Shown piece by piece: positions 49,675 through 62,440 of a stretch of DNA of 63,637 nucleotides (the first letter of the stretch is position 1; each line of letters starts with the position of its first letter). The DNA comes from Saccostrea cucullata. Taxonomy: Eukaryota. Where the stretch lies: contig NW_026935304.1 of assembly GCF_032062105.1 (NCBI RefSeq), positions 1 through 63,637 on the forward strand, in the 5' to 3' direction. Both the position numbers and the translations under genes were made by a program. The notes beneath the pieces were generated by a model that did not search any database, was not told the origin of the DNA, and saw only the letters and a program-made list of their open reading frames with translations.

Positions 49675-50640
49675 ATTATGGATGGTTATTGTATTGGTCA
49701 GAGATAGTTATGGATGGTAATTGTATTGGTCAGAGATAGTTATGGGTGGTACTTGTAATGGTCTGAGATAATTATGGGTGGTAATTGTAATGGTCTGATA
49801 TAGTTATGGGTGGTAATTGTAATTGTCAGAGATAGCTATGGGTGGTAATTGTAATAGTCAGAGATAGCTATTGGTAGTAATTGTAATGTTCAGAGATAGT
49901 TATGTATAGTAATTGTATTTGTCAGATATAGTTATGGGTGGTACTTGTAATGGTCAGAGATAGTTATGGGTGGTTATTGTAATGTTCAGAGATAGTTATG
50001 AATAGTAATTGTATTTGTCAGATATAGCTATGGGTGGTAATTGTAATGGTCAGAGATAGCTATGGGTGGTAATTGTAATGGGAGAGATAGCTATGGGTAG
50101 TAATTGTAATGGTCAGAGATAGTTATGGATAATAATTGTAATGGTCAGAGATAGTTATGGGTGCTAATTGTAATGGTCAGAGATAGCTATGGGTAGTAAT
50201 TGTAATAGTCAGAAATAGTTATGGGTAGTAATTGTAATGGTCAGAGATAGTTACGGGTGGTAATTGTAATGGTCAGAGATAGTTACGGGTGGTAATTGTA
50301 ATGGTCAGGAATAGTTATGGGTGGTACATATTATGACCTGAGATAGCTATGGATGGTAATTTTAATTGTCAGAGATAGCTATGGATAGTAATTTTAATTG
50401 TCAGAGATAGTTATGGGTGGTAATTGTAATGGTCAGAGATAGTTATGGAAGTTAATTGTAATGGTCAGGAATTGTTATGGCCGGTAATTGTAATGTTCTT
50501 AGACAGCTATGGATGGTAATTGTAATGGTCTGAGACAGTTATGGATGGTAATAGTAATGGTCAGAGATAGTTATGGTGGTAAATGTAATAGTCAGGAATA
50601 GTTATGGGTGGTACATGTAATAGCTGAGATTGATATTGGT
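49675..50640 (-). repeat. 32-bp minisatellite, ~30 copies
   Basis: Unit ggtcagagatagttatgggtggtaattgtaat. Shorter opposite-orientation arrays at ~52190-52345, 59276-59420, 62412-62690. Confidence 0.95.
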
Positions 50641-50982
50641 CGTACTTTGATTTTGCAGATGTTGTGAAGTTGGGTTGTGTAAAAATAATCATAATTGGTA
50701 TATGTGGTCTTGGATGGGAGTACAAAATGACCGATCTATGGATGTTCTGGGATTTGAGACCTTTTCACAAGAATCAAGTTGGGATTAAAATTTAAATATA
50801 GATGGTTATGTTCCTGAAAGAAAAGACAAACAAAATAAGAAGGACGGTGGAATATTTATATATTTCTCAAATGATTTATAGGATAAAAATCGAACAGATT
50901 TAGAGATCAGTAACATTAAGACAATATGGTTAGAAATTTAATGAATGAACACAAAACATATATTTTATTGTTCTCCATACCG

Positions 50983-51938
50983 CTCTAACAAAAAATACTA
51001 TAGTTAACTATAGTTTACTATAGTAAATCAAAGTTCCAAAGTTTTCACCATAGTAAATCAAAGTTCCAAAGTTTGTACTATATTGAATCAAAGTTTCAAA
51101 GTTTTCGCCATAATAAAAAAAAAGTTCAAAAGTTATTACTATAGTAAATCAAAGTTCCAAAGTTTTCTCCATAGTAAATTAAAGTTCCAAAGTTTTCTCC
51201 ATAGTAAATCAAAGTATTCAAGTTTTTGTAATTTGTTTTATTATTTTTCCTTTTTAATATCAGTCTCTTTTGAAGGGGATGGTATTGGTTTGTTTTTCCT
51301 GGTTTTATTGTTCATCTTAATTTAAATATGCAAAGTAATTAATTTAAATGCAAAATTAACTTTTAACAGTAGAAAAAAAAAATATCTGAAATTAAGGAAG
51401 CAAATATTTTGATTCTAAATGATGTAATTTTTATCCTTTTTCCGCATAAATTATAATAAATATTGCTTATTTATCGGTGCAAGAAACAATTTTTACAGTA
51501 ATATTCATTTCTTGTACTCTGTTTTTTTTTTTGGGGGGGGGGGGGGGGAGGGGACAGGTTGAATTTTTGAAACGTTCCCTGAAACTTTAATGAATCTTAC
51601 TCTTGAAATTTCATAAAATGTACTGAATGGGAAGCAAAAACATAATTCCAAGGGTTTTATAGTACTTAATGAAAGTTCCAAAGTTTTTACCATAGTAAAT
51701 CAAAGTTCCAAAGTTTTTACCATAGTAAATCAAAGTTCCAAAGTTATTACTATAGTAAATCATAGTTCCAAAGTTATTACTATAGTAAATCAGAGTTCCA
51801 AAGTTTTCTTTATAGTAAATCAAAGTTCCAAAGTTTTCACTATAGTTAATCAAAGTTCCAACGTTTTAAGTTTGGTTCTAAAGTTAACTATAGTAAACTA
51901 TAATTAACTTAAGTTTACTTTAGTATTTTTTGCTAATG
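50983..51938. mobile_element. CACTA-like non-autonomous element with 30-bp subterminal arrays
   Basis: TIR aaaaaatactatagttaactatagtttac and probable 2-bp CG TSD. Arrays of tatagtaaatcaaagttccaaagttttcac. Empty site ccataccgccca in other units. A further right-end fragment lies at ~55300-55495. Confidence 0.78.
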
Positions 51939-54039
51939 CGCCCACCATCTGCACCCTCCTGTTAGGTAGAGGACTGACCAAGGAAGATGAACTGTGTCTT
52001 CTGCTGTGACTTTAATATAGATATGTTAAAAGACACCCCCCTCCGGTGAATCTTGGACACCTGCCCTTGACATCTGGAGGAATTTGGACCAACTCAATTA
52101 AGTACCAAACTTACTAGAATAACTAACATCTCATGTACAAATTATAATTATTTTTACACAACCCTACCTGACAACATCTGCGACATCCAAGTACCACCAA
52201 TAGCTATCTCTGACCATTGCAATTATCACTCATAACTATCTCTGACAATTGCATGTACAACCCATAGCTATCTCTGATCATAAAAAGTACCACCAATAGC
52301 TATCTCTGACCATTGCATGTACCACCCATAACTATCTCTCAACATCACCTTGTTTGTCTGACACTAAGATCTGACAGGAATTCTGGACTTATCGGAACTG
52401 CGACTGTTTGGAATCTCCGAAGATGTTTCGGCACATCATCTTTCCGATTAATAGCTTAAGTAACTCTGGGAAAATCGAACTAAAATAAAAATAGTAATCA
52501 ACATCGATTTTGCTACCTAATGAGAAGAATGGGAATGTAGTTAAGAAAAATGGTATAAGTCTACTTTTCTTTTTCTTCTAATTCTGTTTGTTAAAAATAA
52601 TCATTCGAGTTTCTTTTTGGAAATTATGATATAGAATGATTGTTACATTTTGCTGTATACAGTAGTTTGCTAAAAGAATAAAGTGTTTCCCTGAAGAAAA
52701 CATCTAGATTGTAGTATGCATGCATGTATATTATCTAAATTACCCTTTTGTTGCAAAAGTTGCTCACCGATATAAGATAATAGAACGGATATATCAATAG
52801 ATAGAATTTTGAAAATGCTATGTACATGTAACGTATGCAATTTAATTATGATATTGATATCTCGAAATAAAATTATATACACATTAAAAATATAGCAACC
52901 CATGCCGAGTGCACCTGTTTCAATTTTTGTTAAAAAATCCATACCGATCTGATGCAAATTGTAAAGAAAACTTCAGGATGCGATGTAGCAACCTCTAATG
53001 ATAAAACGCCGCTTAATGATACAAATAGCATTAAGCGTTGCAATTGCAACGCTTAATGCCATAAATTATTGCATTAATAGCTGACATCATCAACCGCTAA
53101 TGCTAAATCGCCGCTTAATGACAGAATTATATCATTAAGCGTCACAAATGCAGTGCAACACCGACGCTTAATGCAACAAGCAAATATCGACATAATCGAC
53201 GCTTAATGATACACACTGGTGTATCATTAAGCGTTGCAGTTGCAAACCTTAGTGATATAAAATTTCGAAATCGCTTGTTATATCTAAGAGAAACACACAT
53301 CTATCTTTCCTGAACAATGAGATATCACTTATCAAAATATTTATATATAATCTTGTGCTATATAAATAGTAATTATTGAAGTTTTATTGTGTTTTCTATG
53401 TAGTCGAGAACGTCGTTAAGCCCCGGATGTTTAAGAGACAGATAGTCAGATAGCTAGAAGAAAGAGATACAAACAAAGGAATAAATAAAATGATATTCAA
53501 ATCCTTTTAAAAGAATCATTTTTTTTTCCTGAAAATACAGAATCAAACAAGTTATTAAATTCCTTCTAATTTGATACAATGATTTTGATACTCAACCTAA
53601 AATTTATAGAATATATTTAAATATTCCAAACTTTGTATTTTAGATTTGATACAGCTTAACACATGTCACTTTTAACGTTTAAGATATACGTATCGAGAAA
53701 TAAATTTATAATTTTCACTATAATTGTATTTTTAATCTGCTTCGTTTCTCCAAATTTCGATAAAGAAAGACATCAATATTGACTATTTATGTTTAAGTAT
53801 ATTAAACACAAAGAATGCAAATGAATGCAACACATTGAATAATATATTATTTTGAGAAAAGGTTCATTCATCCTTTATTTGTTATCAGTTTTACTTGAAT
53901 ACATTACTGTGGCATGATGATTTTAGAATCACTAGTACATGTATATAATTGTCAAATTATGAAAAACACGTTGAATGAAATTGATGAAGCTGATGTTTTT
54001 TTTTAATTCTAAATGACGCATACTTCATTTTGTAGTATA

Positions 54040-54690
54040 TTTGCCTGTCTGTCTGTCTGTCTGTCTGTAAACATTTTTTTTAAATGCTACTACTCCTGCA
54101 GTTTGGTCTGATTTCAATATAACTGGGCACACAAATAGACTACACTAAGATACTTAATTTCTGCATCGGTTTTTGATTTCTGCCTTAGTTACTAAAGATA
54201 GAAATTATATAATAAAATGCTACCTATCCAACATTTTTTGTCTGATTTCTAAATAACTTAGCTCACATGTAGACTACACTTAAAGATATAGGTTTTTGAT
54301 TTCGATCACTAGTGTTACCGTGGTTACTAAAATAGAAATTTCTGTGAAATTCATTCAAAATGCTACTGATCCTACAGTTTTAGTCAGATTGTAATATAAT
54401 TTGGCAGGCAAGTAGACTATACTGGCATACACTACTATCAGTTTCGTGTTTTTCAGTGTGTTGATTGATGTTGCCATGGTGACTAAAATTAAAAATTCTG
54501 TAAAATTTAATTTAAAGCTATTACTACAGTTATAGTTTTATTGCAATTTGCCACAAAAATAGACTTAGTTAAGGACCGTCATTCTATTTATTGCTTTTAC
54601 AAAGTTTTAAGCCCCAATTGCTACTTTTTTCTTCCTTTATTATAAGTTAGTACAAACGAGTAGAGCTACAGTCTCGACCGAGATATATTT
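54040..54690. mobile_element. Helentron/DINE-like fragment
   Basis: (GTCT)n microsatellite followed by ~150 bp degenerate repeats ending gtacaaacgagtagagctacagtctcgac. An inverted partial copy lies at ~56245-56400. Confidence 0.55.
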
Positions 54691-55200
54691 TTTTCTTTCG
54701 ATATATAAGACTAAGTTTACATCTGACTAATATTAAAATGATATACATTTAAATAAATAGTTCCTTTTTCGGTACAAGAGAGACCCTCTCTATTAATGCG
54801 TGTACTAGTATTCATTTCTTGTACATATTCTTTTATTGCCATGGTGACTAAAATTAAAAATTCTGTAAAATTTAATTTAAAGCTATTACTACAGTTATAG
54901 TTTTATTGCAATTTGCCACAAAAATAGACTTAGTTAAGGACCGTCATTCTATTTATTGCTTTTACAAAGTTTTAAGCCCCAATTGCTACTTTTTTCTTCC
55001 TTTATTATAAGTTAGTACAAACGAGTAGAGCTACAGTCTCGACCGAGATATATTTTTTTCTTTCGATATATAAGACTAAGTTTATATCTGACTAATATTA
55101 AAATGATATACATTTAAATAAATAGTTCCTTTTTCGGTACAAGAGAGACCCTCTCTATTAATGCGTGTACTAGTATTCATTTCTTGTACATTATTCTTTT
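54471..55200 (+). repeat. Near-perfect 365-bp tandem duplication
   Basis: 54471-54835 is repeated at 54836-55200 with only 1-2 differences. Confidence 0.92.
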
Positions 55201-55890
55201 AGAAAAATGGTCCTTTTCCTAAAAAAAAATGTTGGAATTTTTTTCTTAATCTTAACCTTGAAATGTAATGAAATATTAGGAATAGGAATAAAAACATAAT
55301 TTCATCAAAGTTTCAAAGTCTTTACTATTGTTAATTAAATTCCAAAGTTTTCACTGTAGTAAATCAAAGTTTCAAAGTTTTTACTACAAAGTTCCAAAGT
55401 TTTCACTATTAATAGTAAATTTAAGTTTTAAATGTTTTCTTCGGTACTATAGTTAACTAAAGTAAACTATAGTTTACTGTAGTATTTTTTAAGGATATGT
55501 TCGTTTTTTTTACACCAGCCGTGAAAAAACTATAAATTTCAGTTTGTCGTCTAATGTAACATCATCGACTTTCTCATCAAAATAAACAAAAAGCCGATCA
55601 AACTACGCTGTAGTTTAATGGAAGTTTTCAATTTAAGGAGAAGTAATGAGACAAAGTATGTTTGTAAGGGTCAGGATGGGATTGCGGTAGGGGTTATTTA
55701 CATTAATAAATATTTTATGTTGGTTAAGGTAGGATTCTTCTCACATTAATTTTCTTGTATTTGAAAATTAATGAAATGTTCACAGAATCAAGAGGACAAT
55801 ATTTGTGATGGTATCAGTTAGAATAAATTTGACCGTTTAATATTAGAGGCAAGGTCAGGTCAAGGTTATTACCTTTTTCCTGGACATTAA

Positions 55891-56222
55891 GGTCAGACGA
55901 CACGTTCCTTAATAATATGCTATAACATACATGTTTTGTATCTCTTGGAATAAGATAAATAATATTCAAATTTGGCATTCTCTTCTGATTTCTTCATTGT
56001 TTTCAAAATGTTTTAAAATATAGGTACACCAAAAAATGGTGAGACAGGCCGTTCAGAGGATTATCCATAAGGGTTATATAAGAAATATGAACCTTTGGTA
56101 TCCTGTCCAAATGGCTGGTAAGGTACTCTTATTTTTTGCGAGGAATCTTGTTCAAGTACCTATTCTTCAATGACAATCTCTGAAGAAAAATTATATATTT
56201 TTGAGGAACGTGTCGTCTGACC
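55891..56222. mobile_element. TTAA-flanked MITE (Kolobok-like RR...YY ends)
   Basis: Perfect TIR ggtcagacgacacgttcct; TTAA on both sides. Confidence 0.85.
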
Positions 56223-56506
56223 TTAACATTAATTTAAAACCAGAAATCTCTGTCAAGACTGTAGCTCTACTGGTTTGTACTTATAACAAAGGATGAGAAA
56301 AGAAGCCACTACCATCAGACAAAAACTGTAGAAGGAGTAGCGTTTTTAAAAGGAATTTCACAGAAATTTCTATTTTTCCTTATCATGGCAATCTTGTTCA
56401 TCAAAATTAAAAGCTGATTGTTACATTTCGCTGTATACAGTAGTTTGCTAAAAGAATAAAGTGTTTCCCTGAAGAAAACATCTAGATTGAAGTATGCATA
56501 CATGTA

Positions 56507-56723
56507 CTGTAAACCAACTTTTTTTCGCGTGCGAGAAATTTTCGCGAAGTTCGCGAGAGCCTCGTCATTGCGAATATTTCTCGCCGCGAACCGGTCCTTA
56601 TAGTGTATTTGTCTATTTAAAACAGATGCAAAAAGGCTTGATCGCGAAAATTAATCGTCGCGAACTAGTTTATCCCTGGTAAATCGCGAAATAAAGTCGT
56701 CGCGAATAAAAGTTGGTTTACAG
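56507..56723. mobile_element. Short TA-flanked MITE
   Basis: TIR ctgtaaaccaactttt with TA TSD. Empty site catacatgTAtattatct near 63068. Confidence 0.9.
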
Positions 56724-57050
56724 TATATTATCTAAATTATCCATTCGTTGCAAAAGTTGCTCACCGATATAAGATAATAGAACGGACATATCAATAGATA
56801 GAATTTTGAAAATGCTATGTACATGTAACATATGCAATTTAATTATGATATTGATATCTCGAAATAAAATTATATACACATTAAAAATATAACAACCCAT
56901 GCCGAGTGCACCTGTTTCAATTTTTGTAAAAAAAAAAATCCATACCGATCTGATGCAAATTGTAAACAAAACTTCAGGATGCGACCACATTAATGTTATT
57001 TTGTGTTTAAATTAAGAACATAATTAACGAAGAATTAATATCCTCTTTTT

Positions 57051-58215
57051 CAGGGTTCTCCACGTTTGAAAATTTAATTGGAAGAAGCTTCGAGAAGGCG
57101 AAATGTGGCCGAAAACACGAATGCGTGTTAGACTACCTAATCTTCATTAATCAGTGATTGGTTGTTCAATTTTTTTAAATATATCCACTGCAACACAAAA
57201 CAATGGAATAACTAACACATAGTAAAGTTAAAAGAATAGCAATTAAATTGAAAAGGATTTATCCTGTATCTTAACTTCACAAATATACCAAAATTTGCCC
57301 CAAACTGTAGTAACCTTCTGAAGGAATTTGAAGAAAATTGCTTGATACATTAAGTCAGTATCCATTGCCATTTTTTTCAGAAACTAATAGTTATAAGAAT
57401 TTTAACCTGTTATATGTAATGTTTTGTTTCAATATGAATAAAACTGATGAATTGGTAGTATTTTTAAGTTAATACACAAAGGTTTTATTTTCCTAGACAC
57501 TGCATTTTTCACCAAGTTCTGTTTACTTCTCCACGTGCTCAGTGCTAAAAATAGGGTCACGTGACGTTTCATAACAACGGGAAGTAACTCTAAAACTTAG
57601 ATTAAGACGAAAAGATGAAAATTTAGACGGCGATTGAGATGTAGGCCCTATGCACATTTTATCAAAAGATAATAAAGTTAAAGCTTAGAAAACAGAGCAT
57701 AGGAAATTGATTAAATACAGAAGAATATGAAATTTTTAAAAAGTATTTTACAGAGCATTTTTTCTGGCACAGAAAGTTGAATTGCATGCATGACGATTAT
57801 TATGCTCGTAATTGTTATCTTTTATTAAACCCGCTATCTATTCACGTAGTGAACATTTTGAAGTTCCCCGATATTATTACCTGTGTACAGTATAATTATC
57901 TCTAAATATTTTGATAATATGATTAGCTGATATATTCTCCATTCAGTGTCACACTTCACAGCATACTCGCCGATTAACGACGTGTTTGTTTTGCACAGTC
58001 TGCTTTCCTTCGAGGCATGTGAGGTGCATGGCAGATGTAGTATAAACACAGTTAACTACTCGAGTCATTAAAAAAGTAGGTGTCAGGACTGAAATGCAAT
58101 AAAATATAATCATGGCGGCTGCCGATTTTAACCATGGCGCAGCTCGTTTAACCATGGCGCACATAAATTTAACAAATGGGGGCCGCCAGGGTAAAACCCC
58201 TTGTGGGGAACCCTG
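57051..58215. mobile_element. CAGGG...CCCTG non-autonomous DNA transposon, copied with the macro-repeat
   Basis: cagggttctccac / gtggggaaccctg with ctttttt-like flanks. Empty site in the older unit near 49075. Confidence 0.85.
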
Positions 58216-60116
58216 CTTTTTTAATTTAATATTTTTCTCTCATTCAATCTTTTGCAGTCGATATTGTGTTAATTACTTTCCACACAGAATTACTTTATTT
58301 TTTAATTTTGTTGATACATGTAAGAAGTGACATAATTACCAAAAATAATTATCTCCGTGAAAAAAGAAAACTTACGAAATGTATATTTGTGTATTATTTC
58401 TCTCATGGTATAATGAAACTTCAAATGAAATACTCAGTAATTGTATCAGAATGAATAGTATAATTTTACAATTTTAAAACTTTACAAACATCCTACATGA
58501 AATGAAAGCTCATGTACATGAAATAAAAAACGTCTACATGTTTATTTAACTGGTAATATATGCACTTCCAAGAATCCCTGACAGCTACGAAAATATGTAT
58601 GCCTGAAAATAAGATTAACAAAAGTCATATATTTGAAAATCTTGATTCAAACTAAACTATAATCATACCAGAAAAATGTACCCCGGTAAAACTGAATTTG
58701 GTCTTGAAAAAAATGTATGCGTTTTGGAAATTCTAACATTTGTCATTTTGTTCTAAGTTGGACGAAATGAAATTCATATTACAAAATGAACAATCTATGG
58801 AAGTTCTAGGATTTGTAAGTTATTTTCACATGAATGAAGTGGTGAATTAGATTTGAATATAGATGGTTCCTAAACGAAGAGATGGTCAAAATGAGGCGGG
58901 CGGTGGAATAGTTATCTATTTCTCAAATGATTTATAGGATAAAAGTCGAAAAGATTTAAAAATCAGTAACATTAAGACAATATGGTTAGAAATTTATTTA
59001 AAGAACACAAAACCTATATTTTATTGTTCTCCATACCACCAACTGCACTCTCCTGTTAGGTAGAGGACATACCAAGGGAGATGAACTGTGCCTTCTGCTG
59101 TGACTTTAATATAGATATGTTAAAAGACATCCCCCTCCTGTGAATCTTGGACATCTGATCTGGAGGACTTTGGACTAACTCAATTAATTACCAAACTTAC
59201 AAGAATTACTAACACCTCATGTACTAATCATGATTAATTCTACACATTCCTACCTGACAACATCTGCAAAATCCAAGTACCACCCATAAGACCATTACAA
59301 TTATCTCATAGCTATCACTGAATGTAACAATTTCTACCATTACAATTACCACCAATAAATATCATTACAATTACCACCATAAATACTGAACATGTACCAC
59401 CCATTGCTTTCTCTGACCACCACCTTGTTTGTCTGACACTACAATGTGACAGGAATCTGGACTTTCCGGAACCGCGACTGTTTGGCATCTGCAAAGATGT
59501 TTCGGCACATCATCTTTCCGATTAATAGCTTAAGTAACTCTGGGAAAATTGAACTAAAATAGTAATCAACATCGATTTTGCTACCTAATGAGAAGAATGG
59601 GAATGTAGTTAAGGAAAATGATATACATCTTCTTTTCTTTTTCTTCTAACTCTGATTGTTAAAAATAATCATTTGACTTTCTTTTTGGAAATTATGATGT
59701 AGATTGATTGTCACATTTCGCTGTATACAGTAGTTTGCTAAAAGAATAAAGTGTTTCCCTGAAGAAAACATCTAGATTGTAGTATGCATCATGTATATTA
59801 CCTAAATTACACTTTTGTTGCAAACGTTGCCCACCGATGTAAGATAAAAGAACGGACATATCAATAGATAGAATTTTGAAAATGATATGTACATGTAACA
59901 TATGCAATTTAATTATGATATTGATATCTCGAAATAAAATTAGATAAACATTAAAAATATAACAACCCATGCCGAGTGCAACTGTTTCAATTTTTGTTAA
60001 AAAATCCATACCGATCTTATGCAAATTGTAAAGAAAACTTCAGGATGCGACCACATTAATGTTATTTTGTGTTTAAATTAAGAACATAATTAACGAAGAA
60101 TTAATATCCTCTTTTT

Positions 60117-61310
60117 CAGGGTTCTCCACATTTGAAAATTTAACCGTTTGAAAATTTAATTGGAAGAAGCTTCGAGAAGGCGAAATGTGGCCGAAAACAC
60201 GAATGCGTGTTAGACTACCTAATCTTCATTAATCAATGATTGGTTGTTCATTTTTTTAAACATATCCACTGCAACACAAAACAATGGAATAACTAACACT
60301 TTGTAAAGTTAAAAGAATAGCAATTAAATTGAAAAGGATTTATTCTGTATCTTTACTTCACAAATATACCAAAATTTGCCCCAAACTGTAGTAACCTTCT
60401 GAAGGAATTTAAAGAAAATTGCTTGATACATTAAGTCAGTATCCATTGAATATTTTTTTTCAGAAACTAATAGTTATAAGAATTTTAACCTGTTATATGT
60501 AATGTTTTGTTTCAATATAAATAAAACTGATGAATTGGTAGTATTTTGAAGTTAATACACAAAGGTTTTATTTTTTCTAGATACTGCATTTTTCACCAAG
60601 TTCTGTTTACTTCTCCACGTGCTCAGTGCTAAACAAAGCGTCACGTGACGTTTCATAACAACGGGAAGTAACTCTAAAACTTAGATTAAGACGAAAAGAT
60701 GAAAATTTAGACGGCGATTGAGATGTAGGCCCTATGCACATTTTATCAAAAGATAATAAAGTTAAAGCTTAGAAAACAGAGCATAGGAAATTGATAAAAT
60801 ACAGAGGAATATGAAATTTTCAAAAAGTATTTTACAGAGCATTTTTTCTGGCACAGAAACTTGAATTGCATGCATGACGATTATTATGTAATTGTAATTT
60901 ACGTAATTGTTATCTTTTATGAAACCCGCTATCTATTCATGTCGTGAACATTTTGAAGTTCCCCGATATTATTACCTGTGTACAGTATAATTAACTCTAA
61001 ATATTTTGATAATATGATTAGCTGATTGATTCTCCATTCAGTGTCACACTTCACAGCATAGTCGCCTATTAACGACGTGTTTGTTAAGCACAGTCTGCTT
61101 TCCTTCGAGGCATGCGAGGCGCATTGCAGACGTAGTATAAACACAGTCAACTACTCGAGTCTTTAAAAAAGTAGGTGTCAGGACTGAAATGCAATAAAGT
61201 TTAATCATGGCGGCTGCTGATTTTAACCATGGTGCGGCTCCCTTAAACATTGCGCACATAAATTTAACGAATGGGGGCCGTCATGGTAAAACCCCTTGTG
61301 GAGAGCCCTG
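60117..61310. mobile_element. Same CAGGG element in the next macro-repeat unit (a third copy starts at 63395)
   Basis: Identical insertion point and near-identical body to 57051-58215. Confidence 0.85.
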
Positions 61311-61849
61311 CTTTTTTAAATTAATATTTTTCTCTCGTTCAACCTTTGGCAGTCGATATCGTGTTAATTACAGACCACACAGAATTAGGATATTTTTTTT
61401 AAATTTTGTTGATACAAGGAAGAAGTGACATATTTACCAAAAATAATTATCTCTGTGAATGAGAAAAACTTACGAAATATATATTTGTGTGTTATTTCTC
61501 TCATTCTATAACGAAACTTCAAATGAAATACTCAGTAATTGTATCAGGATGAAAAGTATCATTTTACAATTTTAAAACTTTACAAACATCCTACATGAAA
61601 TGAAAGCTCATGTACATGAAATAAAAAGCGTCTACAAGTTTATTAAACTGGTAATATATGCACTTCCTAAAAAAAGAAATCCTTGATAGCAACGAAAGTA
61701 TGTATGCCTGAAAATAATTAACAAAAGTCGTATACGTGAATATTTTGATTCAAATTAAACTATAATAATACCAAAAGAATATATCGTGGTAAAACTGGAT
61801 TTGGTTTAGAAAAAAAATGTATTAGTTTTGAAAATTCTAATATTTGTCA

Positions 61850-62440
61850 TTTTGTACCAAGTTGGACGAAATGAAATTCATATTACAAAATGAACGATCT
61901 ATTGAAGTCCTAGGATTTGTAAGTCTTTTTCACATGAATGAAGTGGTGACTCAGATTTGAATATAGATGATTCCTAAACGAAAAGATAGACAAAATGAGG
62001 CGAGCGGTGTAATAGTTATTTATTTCTCAATGATTTATATTATAAAAGTCGAAAAGATTAAGAAATCAGTAACATTAAGACAGTATGGTTAGAAATTTAT
62101 TTAAAGAAAACAAACCTATATTTTATTGTTCTCCATACCGCCCAACATCTGCACCCTCCTGTTAGGTAGAGGATTTACCAAGGGAGATGAACTATGCCTT
62201 CTGCTGTGACGGCAAAGACACCATAATAACAGGTGACTTTAATGTAGATATGTTAAAAGACAGCCCCCCTTTCCGGTTAATCTTGGACATCTGCTCTGGA
62301 GGACTTTGGACTAACTCAATTAATTACCAAACTTACAAGAATTACTAACACCATATGTACTAATCATGATTAATTCTACACAACCCTACCTGACAACATC
62401 TGCAAAATCCAAGTACCACCCATAGCTATCTCTGAACATT
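61850..62440 (+). pseudogene. Degenerate APE-type endonuclease of a non-LTR retrotransposon (L2/CR1-like); copies at ~49610-52220 and ~58745-59300
   Basis: Residual motifs across the copies: ERKD...GG.VIY, TIWLEI, RPP, DTIITGDFNVDMLK (62218-62259), GLTQL...TRIT, QVPPIAISDH. Frameshifted; no RT follows. Confidence 0.8.

Noticed and set aside
49675-50640. CRISPR-like regular array
   Set aside because: Head-to-tail 32-bp units with no unique spacers, no cas genes and a eukaryotic context; it is a minisatellite.
51000-51870. Repetitive ORFs 51083-51325 and 51611-51853 (NFGTLIYY repeats)
   Set aside because: Translations of the 30-bp subterminal repeats of a non-autonomous transposon.
46317-53000. 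Composite transposon capturing the intact C1q gene between matching tgtagcaacctct termini
   Set aside because: The two termini face outward and have no matching TSD, so they are ends of separate broken copies.
57834-61428. Recurrent short ORFs in the macro-repeat (57834, 57949, 58112, 60929, 61044, 61207; also 52670, 56718, 59692)
   Set aside because: They recur only because the DNA is duplicated; no recognisable domains, and starts and stops vary between copies.
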